The notes: generated by a model from the sequence alone, not told the origin. Numbered from the stretch's first letter, positions 9,962 to 20,113 are shown. The stretch is 64,000 bases of DNA from an uncultured Granulicella sp. (GCA_963693065.1 OY843766.1:1098212-1162211), one strand, 5' to 3'. Made by a program: numbers and translations.

Positions 9962-10603
9962 CTATCGCAAAATCCGCAAAAAGTCCCGCGCAATCTTCTC
10001 CGTCCCTTCGCTTTTCCCAAACATCCCGGAAATCACCGCACACATATCCGCCCCCGCCTCCCGAACACTCGCGCAGTTCGCCAGCGTAATCCCCCCAATC
10101 GCCACCACCGGCTTCCCCGTCCCCGCACGCGCCATCCTGACCCCCGCCAAACCCACCACCGCCGCCGCATCCACTTTCGTCGACGTCCCAAACACCGGCC
10201 CCACCGCCACATAATCCGCCGCCCCCGCCTCCGCCACCCTCACCTCCTCCACCGTATGCGTCGACACCCCAATGACCCCGCGCGGCATCAACTCCCGCGC
10301 CTCCGCCACCCCCAAATCCCCCTGCCCCAAATGTACCCCCCCAAACCCCGCCAGCAACGCCAGGTCAACCCGATCGTTCATCACCAGCAGCGTCCCACTC
10401 ACCGCAAACACCTCACGCATCACCGCCGCCCCCGCCAGCACCTCCCGCGGAGCCAACCCCTTCGCCCGCCACTGCACCACCGGCACACTGGCCGCCCTCA
10501 AGCCCTCACAAAACTCCCGCAACCCCACACCCCGCGCCGCCAGCACTCCCGCATCCGCAATGGCATAAAGCCCACGCAGCCTTTGCTTTTCATCCGCGTT
10601 CAT
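9962..10603 (-). CDS. thiE: thiamine-phosphate synthase
   Basis: TIM-barrel ThiE-like sequence (LYAIADAG..., VVQWRAK, GVHLGQGDL, IGGI). I trimmed the start to the ATG at 10603 (MNADEK...); the track's longer ORF would overlap accC. Confidence 0.8.
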   Translation of the reverse strand: MNADEKQRLRGLYAIADAGVLAARGVGLREFCEGLRAASVPVVQWRAKGLAPREVLAGAAVMREVFAVSGTLLVMNDRVDLALLAGFGGVHLGQGDLGVAEARELMPRGVIGVSTHTVEEVRVAEAGAADYVAVGPVFGTSTKVDAAAVVGLAGVRMARAGTGKPVVAIGGITLANCASVREAGADMCAVISGMFGKSEGTEKIARDFLRILR

Positions 10604-10619
10604 CCGTTCTGATCCGCGG

Positions 10620-11978
10620 TCAAACCTTCCCACCCTGCCGCTCAAAAAACCGCTCCATAAACTTCGTATCGAACGCCCCGGACCGAAACTCCGCATCCGC
10701 AAAAATCTTCTGATGCAGCGGAATCGTCGTATGAATCCCCTCCACAACAAACTGCGAAAGCGCCCGCTGCATCTTGTTCATCGCCTCTTCCCGGTCCTTC
10801 CCATGGCAGATCAGCTTCGCAATCAGCGAGTCGTAATAAGGCGGCACGAAACCCTCCGAGTACTGCGCCGTATCCACCCGCACTCCGTTTCCTCCGGGCA
10901 CATTCCACGCCGTAATCTTGCCCGCGCTCGGCGTAAATTTCTCCGGATGCTCCGCATTGATCCGGCACTCGATCGCATGTCCCCGAATCTCCGGCACCTT
11001 CGGCACAATGTCGCTCAGCTTCTCGCCGCTCGCAATCCGCAGCTGCGCCTTCACCAGGTCCACCCCCGTCACCATCTCGGTCACGCAGTGCTCCACCTGG
11101 ATCCGCGTATTCATCTCGATAAAGTAGATCTTCCCATCCTCATCCATCAAAAACTCGATCGTCCCCGCGTTCCAATACCCAATATCTCGCAGCGACCTCT
11201 CGATCGTCTTGCCCAGTTCCGCCCGCAGTTTCGGCGTAATCTGCAGACTCGGCGCCTCTTCAATCAGCTTCTGGTGCCGCCGCTGAATCGAGCATTCCCG
11301 CTCCCCCAGGCTCATCACATTCCCATGCTCATCAGCCAGCACCTGGAACTCGATATGCCTGGGCCGCTCGATAAACTTCTCCATATACATATCACCGTTG
11401 CCAAAAGCATTCGCCGCTTCAGTCGACGCCTGGTTGAACATCGCCGGCAACTCATCCGCCCCGCGCACAATCCTCATCCCGCGCCCGCCCCCCCCGGCCA
11501 CGGCCTTCAAAATCACCGGATACCCCACACTCCGCGCCCATTCCAGCGCCTCATCCACATCCGCAATCACGCCGTCCGAGCCCGGCAAAATCGGCACCTT
11601 CGCCTTCTTCATCGTCTGCCGCGCCGTCGATTTCTCCCCCATCATCCGCGTCACTTCCGGCGGCGGCCCAATGAACTTGATATTGCTTGCCCGGCAAACC
11701 TCTGCAAAATTCGCATTCTCGCTCAGCAGCCCGTACCCCGGATGGATCGCATCCACATCGCAGATCTCCGCAGCCGCAATCACCGCCGGCACGTTCAGAT
11801 AGCTCTCCGCACTCCGCGGCGGCCCAATACAAATTGCCTCATCCGCAAACTTCACATGCAGGCTATTCCGGTCGGCCTCGCTATACACCGCCACCGTCCG
11901 CACCCCAAGCTCCTTACAAGCCGAGATTACCCGCAGCGCAATCTCTCCCCGGTTCGCAATCAATACTTTCCGAAACAT
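10620..11978 (-). CDS. accC: acetyl-CoA carboxylase biotin carboxylase subunit
   Basis: 452 aa. The N-terminus [18 protein letters not shown] and the ATP-grasp core ([20 protein letters not shown]) are classic AccC. Confidence 0.95.
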   Translation of the reverse strand: MFRKVLIANRGEIALRVISACKELGVRTVAVYSEADRNSLHVKFADEAICIGPPRSAESYLNVPAVIAAAEICDVDAIHPGYGLLSENANFAEVCRASNIKFIGPPPEVTRMMGEKSTARQTMKKAKVPILPGSDGVIADVDEALEWARSVGYPVILKAVAGGGGRGMRIVRGADELPAMFNQASTEAANAFGNGDMYMEKFIERPRHIEFQVLADEHGNVMSLGERECSIQRRHQKLIEEAPSLQITPKLRAELGKTIERSLRDIGYWNAGTIEFLMDEDGKIYFIEMNTRIQVEHCVTEMVTGVDLVKAQLRIASGEKLSDIVPKVPEIRGHAIECRINAEHPEKFTPSAGKITAWNVPGGNGVRVDTAQYSEGFVPPYYDSLIAKLICHGKDREEAMNKMQRALSQFVVEGIHTTIPLHQKIFADAEFRSGAFDTKFMERFFERQGGKV

Positions 11979-12030
11979 CCGCCAGCCTTTCTACTTTCCA
12001 ATTACCTGAAACCCGTCACCATCACAACCC

Positions 12031-12215
12031 GCCGTCATTCTGAGCAAAGCGAAGAATCTCCGTATTGGCTGTTGCTGTTGCTTGTTTTGCTGTTGCTGTT
12101 GCCCTTCATTTGTCATCCCCGAAGAGGATCTGCTTCCGCACTTGCTGTTGCCGTCCATCTTTGTTTGTCATCCCGTAGGGATCTGCGTTTGCATTTGCAC
12201 TTGTTTTATTCCCCG
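12031..12215 (+). repeat. composite repeat, family R2 (GTCAT + short hairpin + TTGC-rich tail), three hairpin modules
   Basis: GCCGTCATTCTGAGCAAAGCGAAGAATCTC is followed by (TGTTGC)n. Two variants follow: TGTCATCCCCGAAGAGGATCTGC and TGTCATCCCGTAGGGATCTGCG (ATCCC-GTA-GGGAT hairpin). Related copies lie at 29450, 30883 and 39298. Confidence 0.8.
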
Positions 12216-12267
12216 CCTACACCCCGCTTCGATCCCGCCCGTCATCCCCTCACTCCGTTGCCTGTTC

Positions 12268-12783
12268 CTACTTCGCCTTGATAGAAAACAGCGGCTGCCC
12301 ATACTCCACCGGCTGCCCCGTATTCGCAATCCGTTCCACAACCTCGCCCGCCATATCGCTTTCAATCTCATTCATCAACTTCATCGCTTCCACAATACAA
12401 AGCACCTGCCCCACCTCCACCGTATCCCCAATCTTCACAAACGGCGGCGAGCCAGGCGCCGGAGCCTCATAAAACGTCCCCACAATCGGCGACTTCACCA
12501 CATGATGCTTCACCGCCTCCACCACCGGCGCAGCCGCAGCAGCAGGCGCAGCCTGATGCGAGTGCGCCACCTCAGCAACCGGAGCCGGTCCCCGCTCCGC
12601 CAGCAACCTGGCCAGCATTCCCATATCCATCGCAGGCGCAGCCGGTGCAGCCGCCGCCGTCACAGCACCCATAAACTTCAGCCGAACCTTCAGGTCAGCC
12701 TTCTCCAGGTCAAACTCGGCAATCTCGTTCGCCTTCAGGAACTCGATCAGTTCCTTCAACTCCTGCATCTCATTCGCTTCCAT
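12268..12783 (-). CDS. accB: acetyl-CoA carboxylase biotin carboxyl carrier protein
   Basis: The biotinylation motif EAMKLMNEIESD is present, with an Ala/Pro linker and a C-terminal lipoyl-like fold. The start is uncertain (ATG at 12783 or 12768; the track's longest start is 12807). Confidence 0.9.
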   Translation of the reverse strand: MEANEMQELKELIEFLKANEIAEFDLEKADLKVRLKFMGAVTAAAAPAAPAMDMGMLARLLAERGPAPVAEVAHSHQAAPAAAAAPVVEAVKHHVVKSPIVGTFYEAPAPGSPPFVKIGDTVEVGQVLCIVEAMKLMNEIESDMAGEVVERIANTGQPVEYGQPLFSIKAK

Positions 12784-12825
12784 CACATCTCTTTCCGGCA
12801 CCCGCACGGCGCCCCAGCATACTGC

Positions 12826-13923
12826 TCACAACTCGATCCAGGCCTTCGTCGCCGGCGTTAATACTTCACAACCCGTCGCCGTCACCAGCACCGTATCCTC
12901 TATCCGTACGCCGAACTTTCCCGGCACATAAACTCCGGGTTCAATTGTAATCACCATCCCGGCCTTTAGCTTGACCTTACCCTCTTTCCCCACGCGCGGC
13001 TCTTCATGGATCTCCATCCCCACCCCATGCCCGGTCGAATGTACAAAGCCCTCCGCCAGCCCCGCGCGCCTGAGCACACTCCGCGCCGCCTCATCCACCG
13101 CGCCCGTCTCGACCCCCGCCTTTACCGCCGCCACGCCCGCCGCCTGCGCCTCCAGCACCGCCTCATACACCTCCCGTTCCCCCTTTCGCGCCGCGCCAAG
13201 ATGCACCATCCGCGTCATATCGCTGCAATAACCATGCAGCAAAACCCCAAAATCCAGCATCACGAAACCCCGCCTCGGCAGCTTCGCGTTCGTCGCCCGC
13301 CCATGCGGCAGCGCGCTCCGTTCCCCACCCGCCACAATCGTGTCGAAGCTCATCCCCTCAGCCCCTTGTAGCCGCGCCATGTACTCGAGTGCCATTGCCA
13401 CTTCCATCTCCGTCGTCCCGGCCACCACATGCTCCAGCACATCGTGGAACAGCCTGCACCCCAGCTCCGCCGCCGCCCGCATCCCGTCCTGCTCCACCTC
13501 ATCCTTCATCACCCGCAGCCTCGCCACCGCCGCCGGCATCTCCACCCAGAACCCCTTCGCCGCCACAAACTCCCGCATCCCGGTCAGCCCCGCCACCGTC
13601 ACCAGCGCACTATCGAACCCACACCGCTTCACCCCGGCCTTCACCAGCAAAGCACAAGCCGCCTTCACCGGACTTCCCTCGACAATCTCCACGTCCACCT
13701 TCACGCCAGCCGCATCCACCTCCGCCGCCACCTGCGTCGCGTACCGCCCATCCGTAAACAGCGCGGTCTTTCCATTCCAAACCACCACCGCCGCACTCGA
13801 CCCCGTAAACCCAGTCAGGTACCGCACATCCACCGGCGAGGTGACCAGCAACGCCTCCGCCCCCGCCTTCTTCACCTCACCCATCAATCGCCGCTTACGC
13901 CCCAAAGGAATCATCCCCCCCAT
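12826..13923 (-). CDS. Xaa-Pro aminopeptidase / M24B family peptidase
   Basis: Creatinase-like N-domain plus a pita-bread fold with metal-ligand motifs (DFGVLLHGYCSDMTR, HSTGHGVGMEIHE, ITIEPGVY). The start is trimmed to the ATG at 13923 or 13914; the upstream extension covers a repeat element. Confidence 0.85.
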   Translation of the reverse strand: MGGMIPLGRKRRLMGEVKKAGAEALLVTSPVDVRYLTGFTGSSAAVVVWNGKTALFTDGRYATQVAAEVDAAGVKVDVEIVEGSPVKAACALLVKAGVKRCGFDSALVTVAGLTGMREFVAAKGFWVEMPAAVARLRVMKDEVEQDGMRAAAELGCRLFHDVLEHVVAGTTEMEVAMALEYMARLQGAEGMSFDTIVAGGERSALPHGRATNAKLPRRGFVMLDFGVLLHGYCSDMTRMVHLGAARKGEREVYEAVLEAQAAGVAAVKAGVETGAVDEAARSVLRRAGLAEGFVHSTGHGVGMEIHEEPRVGKEGKVKLKAGMVITIEPGVYVPGKFGVRIEDTVLVTATGCEVLTPATKAWIEL

Positions 13924-13962
13924 CTTACAATCCCGCCCACCCACCCCACTTAGTGACGGTTT

Positions 13963-14006
13963 GGGGTGCCCCAGGCCACACAGTTTCATCGTGTGACCTG
14001 GGGTTG
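13963..14006. repeat. long-hairpin element, family R4 (copy 1)
   Basis: GGGGTGCCCCAGGCCAC-ACAGTTTCATCGT-GTGACCTGGGGTTG. The outer stem is CCCCAGGCCAC/GTGACCTGGGG, with one C-A mismatch that becomes a U-G wobble on the minus strand. A second copy lies at 43351..43394. Confidence 0.7.
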
Positions 14007-14075
14007 CAAATCTTGTAGTTCCCAAAGTCATTACACCCAACTGCCAGCTTTTGGTGCAATCACCCCAACAAAGCA

Positions 14076-14130
14076 CCCCTAACCCACTTCGAATGAAGAT
14101 TTTGCCTCAAAACAGGGGGGGAGGGCACCC
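14076..14130 (+). repeat. repeat family R3 (copy A)
   Basis: CCCCTAACCCACTTCGAATGAAGATTTTGCCTCAAAACAGGGGGGGAGGGCACCC. It is homologous to copies at 20361, 40065 and 61411. Confidence 0.8.
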
Positions 14131-14163
14131 ACCCCACGATTCCACCCCAGGCTAAACTAACCC

Positions 14164-15015
14164 ATGCTTACCCGCCGCCAATTCCTCACCGGCGCCGCCC
14201 TCTCCTCAGCCGCCATCCTCTTCTTCGCCGACGAGATCGGCCGCCACGAGCTCGAGCTCACCCACCACACCTTCCACATTCCCAACCTCCCCCCCGCCTT
14301 CCACGGTTTCCGCATCGTCCAGTTCTCAGACATTCACCTCGAGGAATACACAGAAGACTTCTTCCTCCGCCGCGTCATCGCCCGCGTCAACGCCCTCGCT
14401 CCAGACCTTGTCCTCATCACCGGCGACTTCATCTCCCGCGGCCCACTCCCCATCGCTCTCTCCTACGAGTCCGCCGCCCGCTGCGCCCAGATCCTCTCCA
14501 CCCTCACCTGCAAACAGCGTTTCGGCGTCCTCGGCAATCACGACGCCGCCGTAGGCTCACGCCTCGTCCGCGCCCACATGGAAGCCAATGGCCTCCCCCT
14601 ACTCGTCAACCAGCACATCCCCATTGAGCGCGACAACCAGCGCATCCTCCTCGCCGGCCTGGACAACATCTCCCAGGGCTTCCCGAACCTCACCCTCACC
14701 GTCCCTGATAATCCCGGCTGCCCCGTCATCCTCATGTGCCATGAACCCGACTATGCCTCGGACATCTCCTGCCATCCCCGCGGCCGCTTCGTAGACCTCA
14801 TCCTCTCCGGCCATTCCCACGGCGGCCAGGTCCGTCTCCCCGGCGTCCGACCCCTCGCCCTCCCCCCATTAGGCCGCGTCTACGTCCAGGGCCACTTCCA
14901 GGTTGGCACCTCGCAGCTCTACGTCAACCGGGGCATCGGCACCGTAGGCCTGCCCCTACGCCTCAACTGCCTCCCGGAAATCACCGAAATCACCCTCCAG
15001 CCACTCGAATCCTGA
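14164..15015 (+). CDS. metallophosphoesterase (calcineurin-like), Tat-type signal
   Basis: The N-terminus is MLTRRQFLTGAALSSAAIL. Phosphoesterase motifs are present: FSDIHL, GDFISRG, GNHD and GHSHGGQ. Confidence 0.85.
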   Translation: MLTRRQFLTGAALSSAAILFFADEIGRHELELTHHTFHIPNLPPAFHGFRIVQFSDIHLEEYTEDFFLRRVIARVNALAPDLVLITGDFISRGPLPIALSYESAARCAQILSTLTCKQRFGVLGNHDAAVGSRLVRAHMEANGLPLLVNQHIPIERDNQRILLAGLDNISQGFPNLTLTVPDNPGCPVILMCHEPDYASDISCHPRGRFVDLILSGHSHGGQVRLPGVRPLALPPLGRVYVQGHFQVGTSQLYVNRGIGTVGLPLRLNCLPEITEITLQPLES

Positions 15016-15016
15016 A

Positions 15017-15265
15017 TTAACGAGCCCGCCCCACAGGCTTCTTCTGCTTCACCACCGCCATCCCGCTCTCCCGCACCCCACTCTTTTCCACCATCCACGC
15101 ATCCAGCAAACTCCGCTTGAATCGCCAGCGATTCCCCAGCTTGAACGCCGGCACAAATCCGTCGCTCGCATAACGGTAAAGCGTATCCCCGCTGATCCCC
15201 AGATACTCGCTAGCCTGCCGAATATCCATCACCTCCCGCAGCATCACGTGAACCGCACTAGCCAT
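15017..15265 (-). CDS. excisionase/MerR-type helix-turn-helix DNA-binding protein
   Basis: 82 aa. IRQASEYLGISGDTLYRYASDGFVPAFKLGNRWRFKRSLLDAWM matches the excisionase-family HTH pattern. Confidence 0.7.
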   Translation of the reverse strand: MASAVHVMLREVMDIRQASEYLGISGDTLYRYASDGFVPAFKLGNRWRFKRSLLDAWMVEKSGVRESGMAVVKQKKPVGRAR

Positions 15266-15342
15266 TGTCCAACCTCACAAATTCGCTGAACCCTTTTTGT
15301 ACCCTCTTTTCCACATCCCCGCAACCACATTCCACACCAGAC

Positions 15343-16323
15343 TCAAACCCACCAATCCGAGCGCACTTCCTCCCCCACAAACTCCGTCGGCACGCCCGGC
15401 TCCGGCTGAAACGTCCGCACTCCTAGCTCCCGCAGCCGCTCCATCGGCTCCCGCCATCCATGCAGCCCCAGGTCGAACAATCCCCAATGCACCGGCATCA
15501 GCATCCCCGACCCCAGCTCCCCCAGCGCCTTCACAGCCCCATCCGGACCCAGGTGAATATCCCGCCAAGCCTCATCGAACGCCCCAATCTCCAGCATTAC
15601 CAAGTCAAAAGGACCATACGCTTCCCCAATCGCTCCAAAACCCTCCCAAAACCCCGAGTCCGCTCCCACATACACCGCACTCTTCGGCCCCCGCAGCACA
15701 AACGAAGACCAAAGCGTCTCATTCCGATTCCACGCAGCCCTTCCCGAGAAATGCCGCGCCGGCAAAGAAATCACTCGCAAGCCCCCCACCGCAGTCTCCT
15801 CCGTCCAGTCGAGCTCCGTGATACGCTCCCGCTGCACCCCAAACCCTGCCAGCAACCCGCCCACGCCCATCGAAGTCACCCACCGCACCTCCGGCAACAA
15901 TCTAGCCAGCGTCCTCACCGTCTCCTTTCCCAAATGATCGTAGTGGTCATGCGAGATCAGCACCGCATCCACTCGCGGCAAATCCTTCAGCCTCATAGTC
16001 GGCGCAAAAAACCTCTTCGGCCCACCCCACCGCACCGGCGACGCCCGCTCATCCCACATCGGATCCACCAGCACCCTCACCCCATCTATTTCCACCAGCA
16101 TGGCCGAGTGGCCAAACCAAGTCACCCGCAACCCACTCTCCGGCTCCACCTTATACGCCGTGACATCCGTAATAAAAGGTCCCGGCGCCACCATCGGCAC
16201 TGTTTCCTTCTTATTCGTCAGCTTGGTCCAGATCACCTTCGGCAACATCGCCAACCCACCCACTTTAGTCGCAACAGGATTTTGAAACTTCCGCCCAATC
16301 TTCTTCGCCTTCTCCAGCTTCAT
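15343..16323 (-). CDS. MBL-fold metallo-hydrolase (NAPE-PLD-like)
   Basis: 326 aa. The metal motif LISHDHYDHL is present with a surrounding beta-lactamase-fold pattern. Confidence 0.8.
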   Translation of the reverse strand: MKLEKAKKIGRKFQNPVATKVGGLAMLPKVIWTKLTNKKETVPMVAPGPFITDVTAYKVEPESGLRVTWFGHSAMLVEIDGVRVLVDPMWDERASPVRWGGPKRFFAPTMRLKDLPRVDAVLISHDHYDHLGKETVRTLARLLPEVRWVTSMGVGGLLAGFGVQRERITELDWTEETAVGGLRVISLPARHFSGRAAWNRNETLWSSFVLRGPKSAVYVGADSGFWEGFGAIGEAYGPFDLVMLEIGAFDEAWRDIHLGPDGAVKALGELGSGMLMPVHWGLFDLGLHGWREPMERLRELGVRTFQPEPGVPTEFVGEEVRSDWWV

Positions 16324-16400
16324 GCCTCATTCGATGCTCATCTCAACCCAACGATTGCCGATACTGCAAGAGACACGCAGAATGCCACCTCCGACGCTGC

Positions 16401-16844
16401 ATGCTCCAGGAGAACAACGTGATCCAACTCGTCTACGCCAGCGCCGCCACCAGCCCCTTCACCGCGGAGGCCCTCCGCGTCCTCCTCACCAAGGCCCGCG
16501 ACCGCAACAAAAACTACGACGTCTCCGGTATGCTCCTCTACCATTCCGGCTCTTTCCTCCAGGTTCTCGAAGGCCCAGAAGAATCCGTCGAACTCATACT
16601 CGCCTCCATCAGCCGCGACCCCCGCCATACCACCGCCCGCACTCTCTCCCGCACCACCATTCAGACCCGAGAGTTCCCCTCCTGGTCCATGGGTTTCGCC
16701 GACACCACCCACGCCCTCCGCCAACCGCCCGGCCACGTCGACTACCACCGCACCCTCCCCACCCTCACCGCCGGCCCCACCCACGCCCGCCGTTTCCTCC
16801 GCTTCTTCCAGGACGGCCTTTACCGCGAAGCCCACTCCCGCTAA
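16401..16844 (+). CDS. short BLUF-domain blue-light photoreceptor
   Basis: 147 aa. The BLUF signature residues are present: Tyr in IQLVYAS, Gln in GSFLQVLEG, and Trp-x-Met in FPSWSMGF. Confidence 0.8.
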   Translation: MLQENNVIQLVYASAATSPFTAEALRVLLTKARDRNKNYDVSGMLLYHSGSFLQVLEGPEESVELILASISRDPRHTTARTLSRTTIQTREFPSWSMGFADTTHALRQPPGHVDYHRTLPTLTAGPTHARRFLRFFQDGLYREAHSR

Positions 16845-16902
16845 GCCCGGCTGAACATCTCAGGCATCTTCCTGCATCCAACCCCCAGGGAGAAATTTAC
16901 CA

Positions 16903-17415
16903 ATGACAACACCCATTACTGAGCGTGCCGTACTCGCTGGAGGCTGTTTCTGGGGCATGCAGGAGCTCCTTCGCGTCAAGCCGGGCATCCTCACCACACG
17001 CGTCGGCTACACCGGCGGCGACGTCCCAAACGCCACCTACCGCAACCACGGCACCCACGCCGAGGCCCTAGAGATCCTCTTCGATCCCACCCGCATCACC
17101 TACCGCCAGATCCTCGAGTTCTTCTTCCAGATCCACGATCCCTCCACCCCCAACCGCCAGGGCAACGACCGCGGCGTCAGCTACCGGTCCGCAATCTACT
17201 ACACCTCAGAAGCCCAAAAGCTCACCGCCCAGCAGACCATCGCCGACGTCGACGCCAGCCGCCTATGGCCCGGCAAGGTAGTCACTGAGCTCGCCCCCGC
17301 CGGCCCCTTCTGGCTCGCCGAACCCGAGCACCAGGACTACCTCCAGCGCATCCCCCACGGCTACACCTGCCACTACATCCGCTCCAACTGGAAGCTCCCG
17401 CAGCAAGCGGCCTAA
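16903..17415 (+). CDS. msrA: peptide-methionine (S)-S-oxide reductase
   Basis: 170 aa with the catalytic GGCFWGMQ motif near the N-terminus. Confidence 0.95.
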   Translation: MTTPITERAVLAGGCFWGMQELLRVKPGILTTRVGYTGGDVPNATYRNHGTHAEALEILFDPTRITYRQILEFFFQIHDPSTPNRQGNDRGVSYRSAIYYTSEAQKLTAQQTIADVDASRLWPGKVVTELAPAGPFWLAEPEHQDYLQRIPHGYTCHYIRSNWKLPQQAA

Positions 17416-19412
17416 TTCCCCGCCCTCACAGGCACGACCGTCACCACCACACTGCTCGGGTACTCTTTACTGTGGTGGATTTCGGTATGTGCCACTACAC
17501 CGCTCATCTCGTCAAAATTATTCCCGCCCGTGTTCAGATTCCTGTCGAACCGCGGAAAGTTAGCCCCCGCCACCTCCAACCGGATCCGGTGTCCCGCTGC
17601 GAAAAGGTTGGAGGTGTTCATCGGAGTCAGCGTCACCTTGTACACTTTCCCTTTCTCCATCCAGACCGTCTTGTCGTCGCCATCGCGATACCGCATCCGC
17701 TGGATTGTCTCATCCAGGTTGTAAGCCGTACCGTCCGGCAGCACGTCGATCAGCTTCGTCGTGACATCGGTATCCTTCACATCGGCTGAAACATAAAGCG
17801 TCACCGTAATCGGCCCGGACAGCTCAGCATCTTTCTCGAGTGGCGCCGACGTATACACCAGAATATCCGGCCGCTCCTCCATCTTCCGTTGATCCAGCGC
17901 CCCGCCATTGCCCGGAATCGTATTCGCCGCGCAGCAAACATTGCCTCCATAACTCGGCGTCGGGTGCATCGGGTCATACACAAAGCCATCCACACCCGTC
18001 CCCTTCGCCACCGGTTCAGACGCAAACTTCAACAACTCACTCCCACCGGTGATCACTCCATCACCATGCAATGTGTTCGCATGACCCTCACTCCCCAGCG
18101 CCAGCGTAACCGTCTTCGCACCTTCAGGCGGCCAGGTATCCGAGTGCTGCCACTTGTTCAGCCCCATCGTGTAGTACTGCACCTTAGGCGTCTTCGCCAG
18201 CACACCGTTCGCCTCACCCTTCAAAAAGTGATCGAACCACGCATAAGTCAACGCATCATAATCCAGCCGCGCATCCCCCATATCCCGCTCGCCCACCACC
18301 GTATGCTCCGTCGCCCGCTTGTATCCGCAGTGCAGCGTCGGCGCAATCACGGCATACTGTTCATTCGCAGCCTCACCCTTCGCATGCGACCGCACAAAGT
18401 TATAAGCCGCAAGGTTAGGACCGACCGACACGTCATACCAGGTCATCATCCACAGCCCCGGCACGTTGATCGGCTCCGTATCCGACTGCCAGATCCCACC
18501 CTTCCGCCACGCCGGGTCATTCGGCGTCCGCTCGATCATCGCCCCGCCGCTCGTATTCACCATCACATCTGAAAAAATCCCCTTCGGCCCTCCGACCGAC
18601 GAAATAATCTCCTTCTCCGGCAGATGCTGATAAGCCTTCGCCCAGTCGATTGGCGGCAGTTGCGGTGCCAGGTCGAACAGCTTCGAAGCCGCAACCAAAT
18701 CCGCCTGCGAAGTCCCCGCCGGAAACTGCGGCCGCACCTGGTTCTGCTCGCCATACAGCCAGTCGACAAACAGCATCTGCACCGCCCCCCCGCGATACCA
18801 GTTCCCCTGCTCGTTATAAGGTCCCACCTTCCCAACCCCTGCCCCAAAACTCTCCGGGATGATCGTCGTCAACCCCTTGTTTCCCAGCGACGCCGCCGCC
18901 ATCTGCCACTCCGCCGTAGAGCTGCACCCAATCAACCCAATCTTCCCATTCGACCAGCCCTGCCCCGCCATCCACGTAAACTGATCGTCCGCATCCGTCA
19001 GCGGAGCTCCCAGAATGTCGTAGTCCCCTTCAGAAAAGAAGTGCCCGCGCTCATTCATCTCGATCAGCACATACCCCCGCTTCACCGCGTCCAGCTCCAT
19101 GGACATATCCCGATAAGTCCCCAGCTTCACATCCCAGAAGTTGAAGTTATAAGGCGTCCGGCTAAAAATAATCGGATACCTTTTCGCCCCGTCCTTCGGC
19201 CGATAAATATCCGCCGCCATCCTCTTCCCATCCCGCATCGGCACCATCACCTTCCGGTCGATGACCGCCACCTCCTCCAGCTGCCTCTCCACATCCTGCC
19301 GTTTGGCCACCACCTTAGCCATCTCCTCAGGCGACACCGCCCCCCGCCCACCCTGCCCCACCATCACCCCACACCCGATTACCAACACCAAACCCAACGA
19401 AAGAATTCTCAT
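17412..19412 (-). CDS. CocE/NonD family hydrolase (S15 X-Pro dipeptidyl-peptidase-like), secreted
   Basis: About 666 aa with an alpha/beta hydrolase N-domain and a C-terminal galactose-binding-like domain typical of CocE/NonD. The start is trimmed to the ATG at 19412 ([15 protein letters not shown] signal). Confidence 0.8.
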   Translation of the reverse strand: MRILSLGLVLVIGCGVMVGQGGRGAVSPEEMAKVVAKRQDVERQLEEVAVIDRKVMVPMRDGKRMAADIYRPKDGAKRYPIIFSRTPYNFNFWDVKLGTYRDMSMELDAVKRGYVLIEMNERGHFFSEGDYDILGAPLTDADDQFTWMAGQGWSNGKIGLIGCSSTAEWQMAAASLGNKGLTTIIPESFGAGVGKVGPYNEQGNWYRGGAVQMLFVDWLYGEQNQVRPQFPAGTSQADLVAASKLFDLAPQLPPIDWAKAYQHLPEKEIISSVGGPKGIFSDVMVNTSGGAMIERTPNDPAWRKGGIWQSDTEPINVPGLWMMTWYDVSVGPNLAAYNFVRSHAKGEAANEQYAVIAPTLHCGYKRATEHTVVGERDMGDARLDYDALTYAWFDHFLKGEANGVLAKTPKVQYYTMGLNKWQHSDTWPPEGAKTVTLALGSEGHANTLHGDGVITGGSELLKFASEPVAKGTGVDGFVYDPMHPTPSYGGNVCCAANTIPGNGGALDQRKMEERPDILVYTSAPLEKDAELSGPITVTLYVSADVKDTDVTTKLIDVLPDGTAYNLDETIQRMRYRDGDDKTVWMEKGKVYKVTLTPMNTSNLFAAGHRIRLEVAGANFPRFDRNLNTGGNNFDEMSGVVAHTEIHHSKEYPSSVVVTVVPVRAGN

Positions 19413-19441
19413 AGATGACCTGGAATATAGCACGCCCGGTT

Positions 19442-19516
19442 TTCCTTCTGAGCCAAGTCCGGGCTTCAGAGGCTGCTGAGAAAGCAACTCAGATTAGCGT
19501 GGTGCTTCAGGCCCAC
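19442..19516 (+). repeat. solo R1-like fragment
   Basis: TTCCTTCTGAGCCAAGTCCGGGCTTCAG... resembles the R1 unit start. It also contains GATTAGCGTGGTGCTTCAGGCCC, a near copy of GATTAGCGTGGGGCTTCAGCCCC at 38313. Confidence 0.6.
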
Positions 19517-19527
19517 GAATAACGTCA

Positions 19528-19695
19528 ATGCAAATACGCGACCTAATCGAGCGTGCTAAGCCCGATTTGGCCTTGAATGAAAGATCGCTGCAACGTGCGC
19601 GTGAATGGTTTGGGATCGTCGCAACGAAAGCGGGATATCAGGGCGCATGGGCGTGGAGCTATCAGCTCAAGATCGCCTCACCATTGGCCGGATAG
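19528..19695 (+). CDS. 55-aa ORF, possible C-terminal HTH fragment of a mobile-element replication/primase-type protein
   Basis: Below the track's size cutoff. The translation is MQIRDLIERAKPDLALNERSLQRAREWFGIVATKAGYQGAWAWSYQLKIASPLAG. The pattern L.RA...GI...K.G..G.W.W resembles, from memory, the C-terminal tails of ICE/phage AAA/primase proteins. A TAG lies 31 nt upstream in frame. Confidence 0.25.
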   Translation: MQIRDLIERAKPDLALNERSLQRAREWFGIVATKAGYQGAWAWSYQLKIASPLAG

Positions 19696-20113
19696 AACCG
19701 GTCTGTGAGAAGTCCATAGCTTTCTCATAAATGATGTGGCCGCACGCCTTGCACTCGCGGCGAATTCCATGATTCCATGAATGCGCGTCAGTCATGAACC
19801 CGATTCGTTGCTCCTTCGCCTGAAAGGAAAGTGGACATATCGGGTGTTGTCGCTGCCCATCCTCAGCAGCGTAGAAGTATCCATGCGGTGGAACTGGCCC
19901 AACGTAAGCAGCCTTGGCCGCGAGTTGCGCTTTCAACTGCCTGTTCTCTTCGTCAAGCGTGAGCACATGCTCGCGCAGGTCCAGCAACATCTCGTATGCC
20001 TCACCGATCTGCTGCTTCAGTTCATTGTCCGACACGCCCTTGGCGAGTTCACGCGCCTGCTTTAGCGAATTAGCGCGACATGCGATCAACGCCCGTTGAT
20101 TCAAACGTTTCAC
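19667..20113 (-). CDS. hypothetical coiled-coil protein with Cys/His-containing C-terminal region
   Basis: 148-aa ORF in the low-GC patch. It has a coiled-coil segment (LDLREHVLTLDEENRQLKAQLAAKA) followed by HPICPLS...CKACGH. I recognise no family. Confidence 0.5.
   Translation of the reverse strand: MKRLNQRALIACRANSLKQARELAKGVSDNELKQQIGEAYEMLLDLREHVLTLDEENRQLKAQLAAKAAYVGPVPPHGYFYAAEDGQRQHPICPLSFQAKEQRIGFMTDAHSWNHGIRRECKACGHIIYEKAMDFSQTGSIRPMVRRS

Noticed and set aside
10604-10619. TPP riboswitch expected upstream of thiE.
   Set aside because: Only 16 nt separate the accC stop from the thiE start, which leaves no space for a riboswitch. thiE appears to be co-transcribed with accC.
12826-14076. 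Long N-terminal extensions in the ORF track. Examples: pepP to 14076, hpnC to 36535, thiE to 10750, CocE/NonD to 19487, DUF1501 to 30890, mlaF from 38358 and GH63 to 59197.
   Set aside because: The extensions run through repeat elements or overlap upstream genes, and their sequences are not protein-like. Internal ATGs give canonical N-termini or signal peptides.
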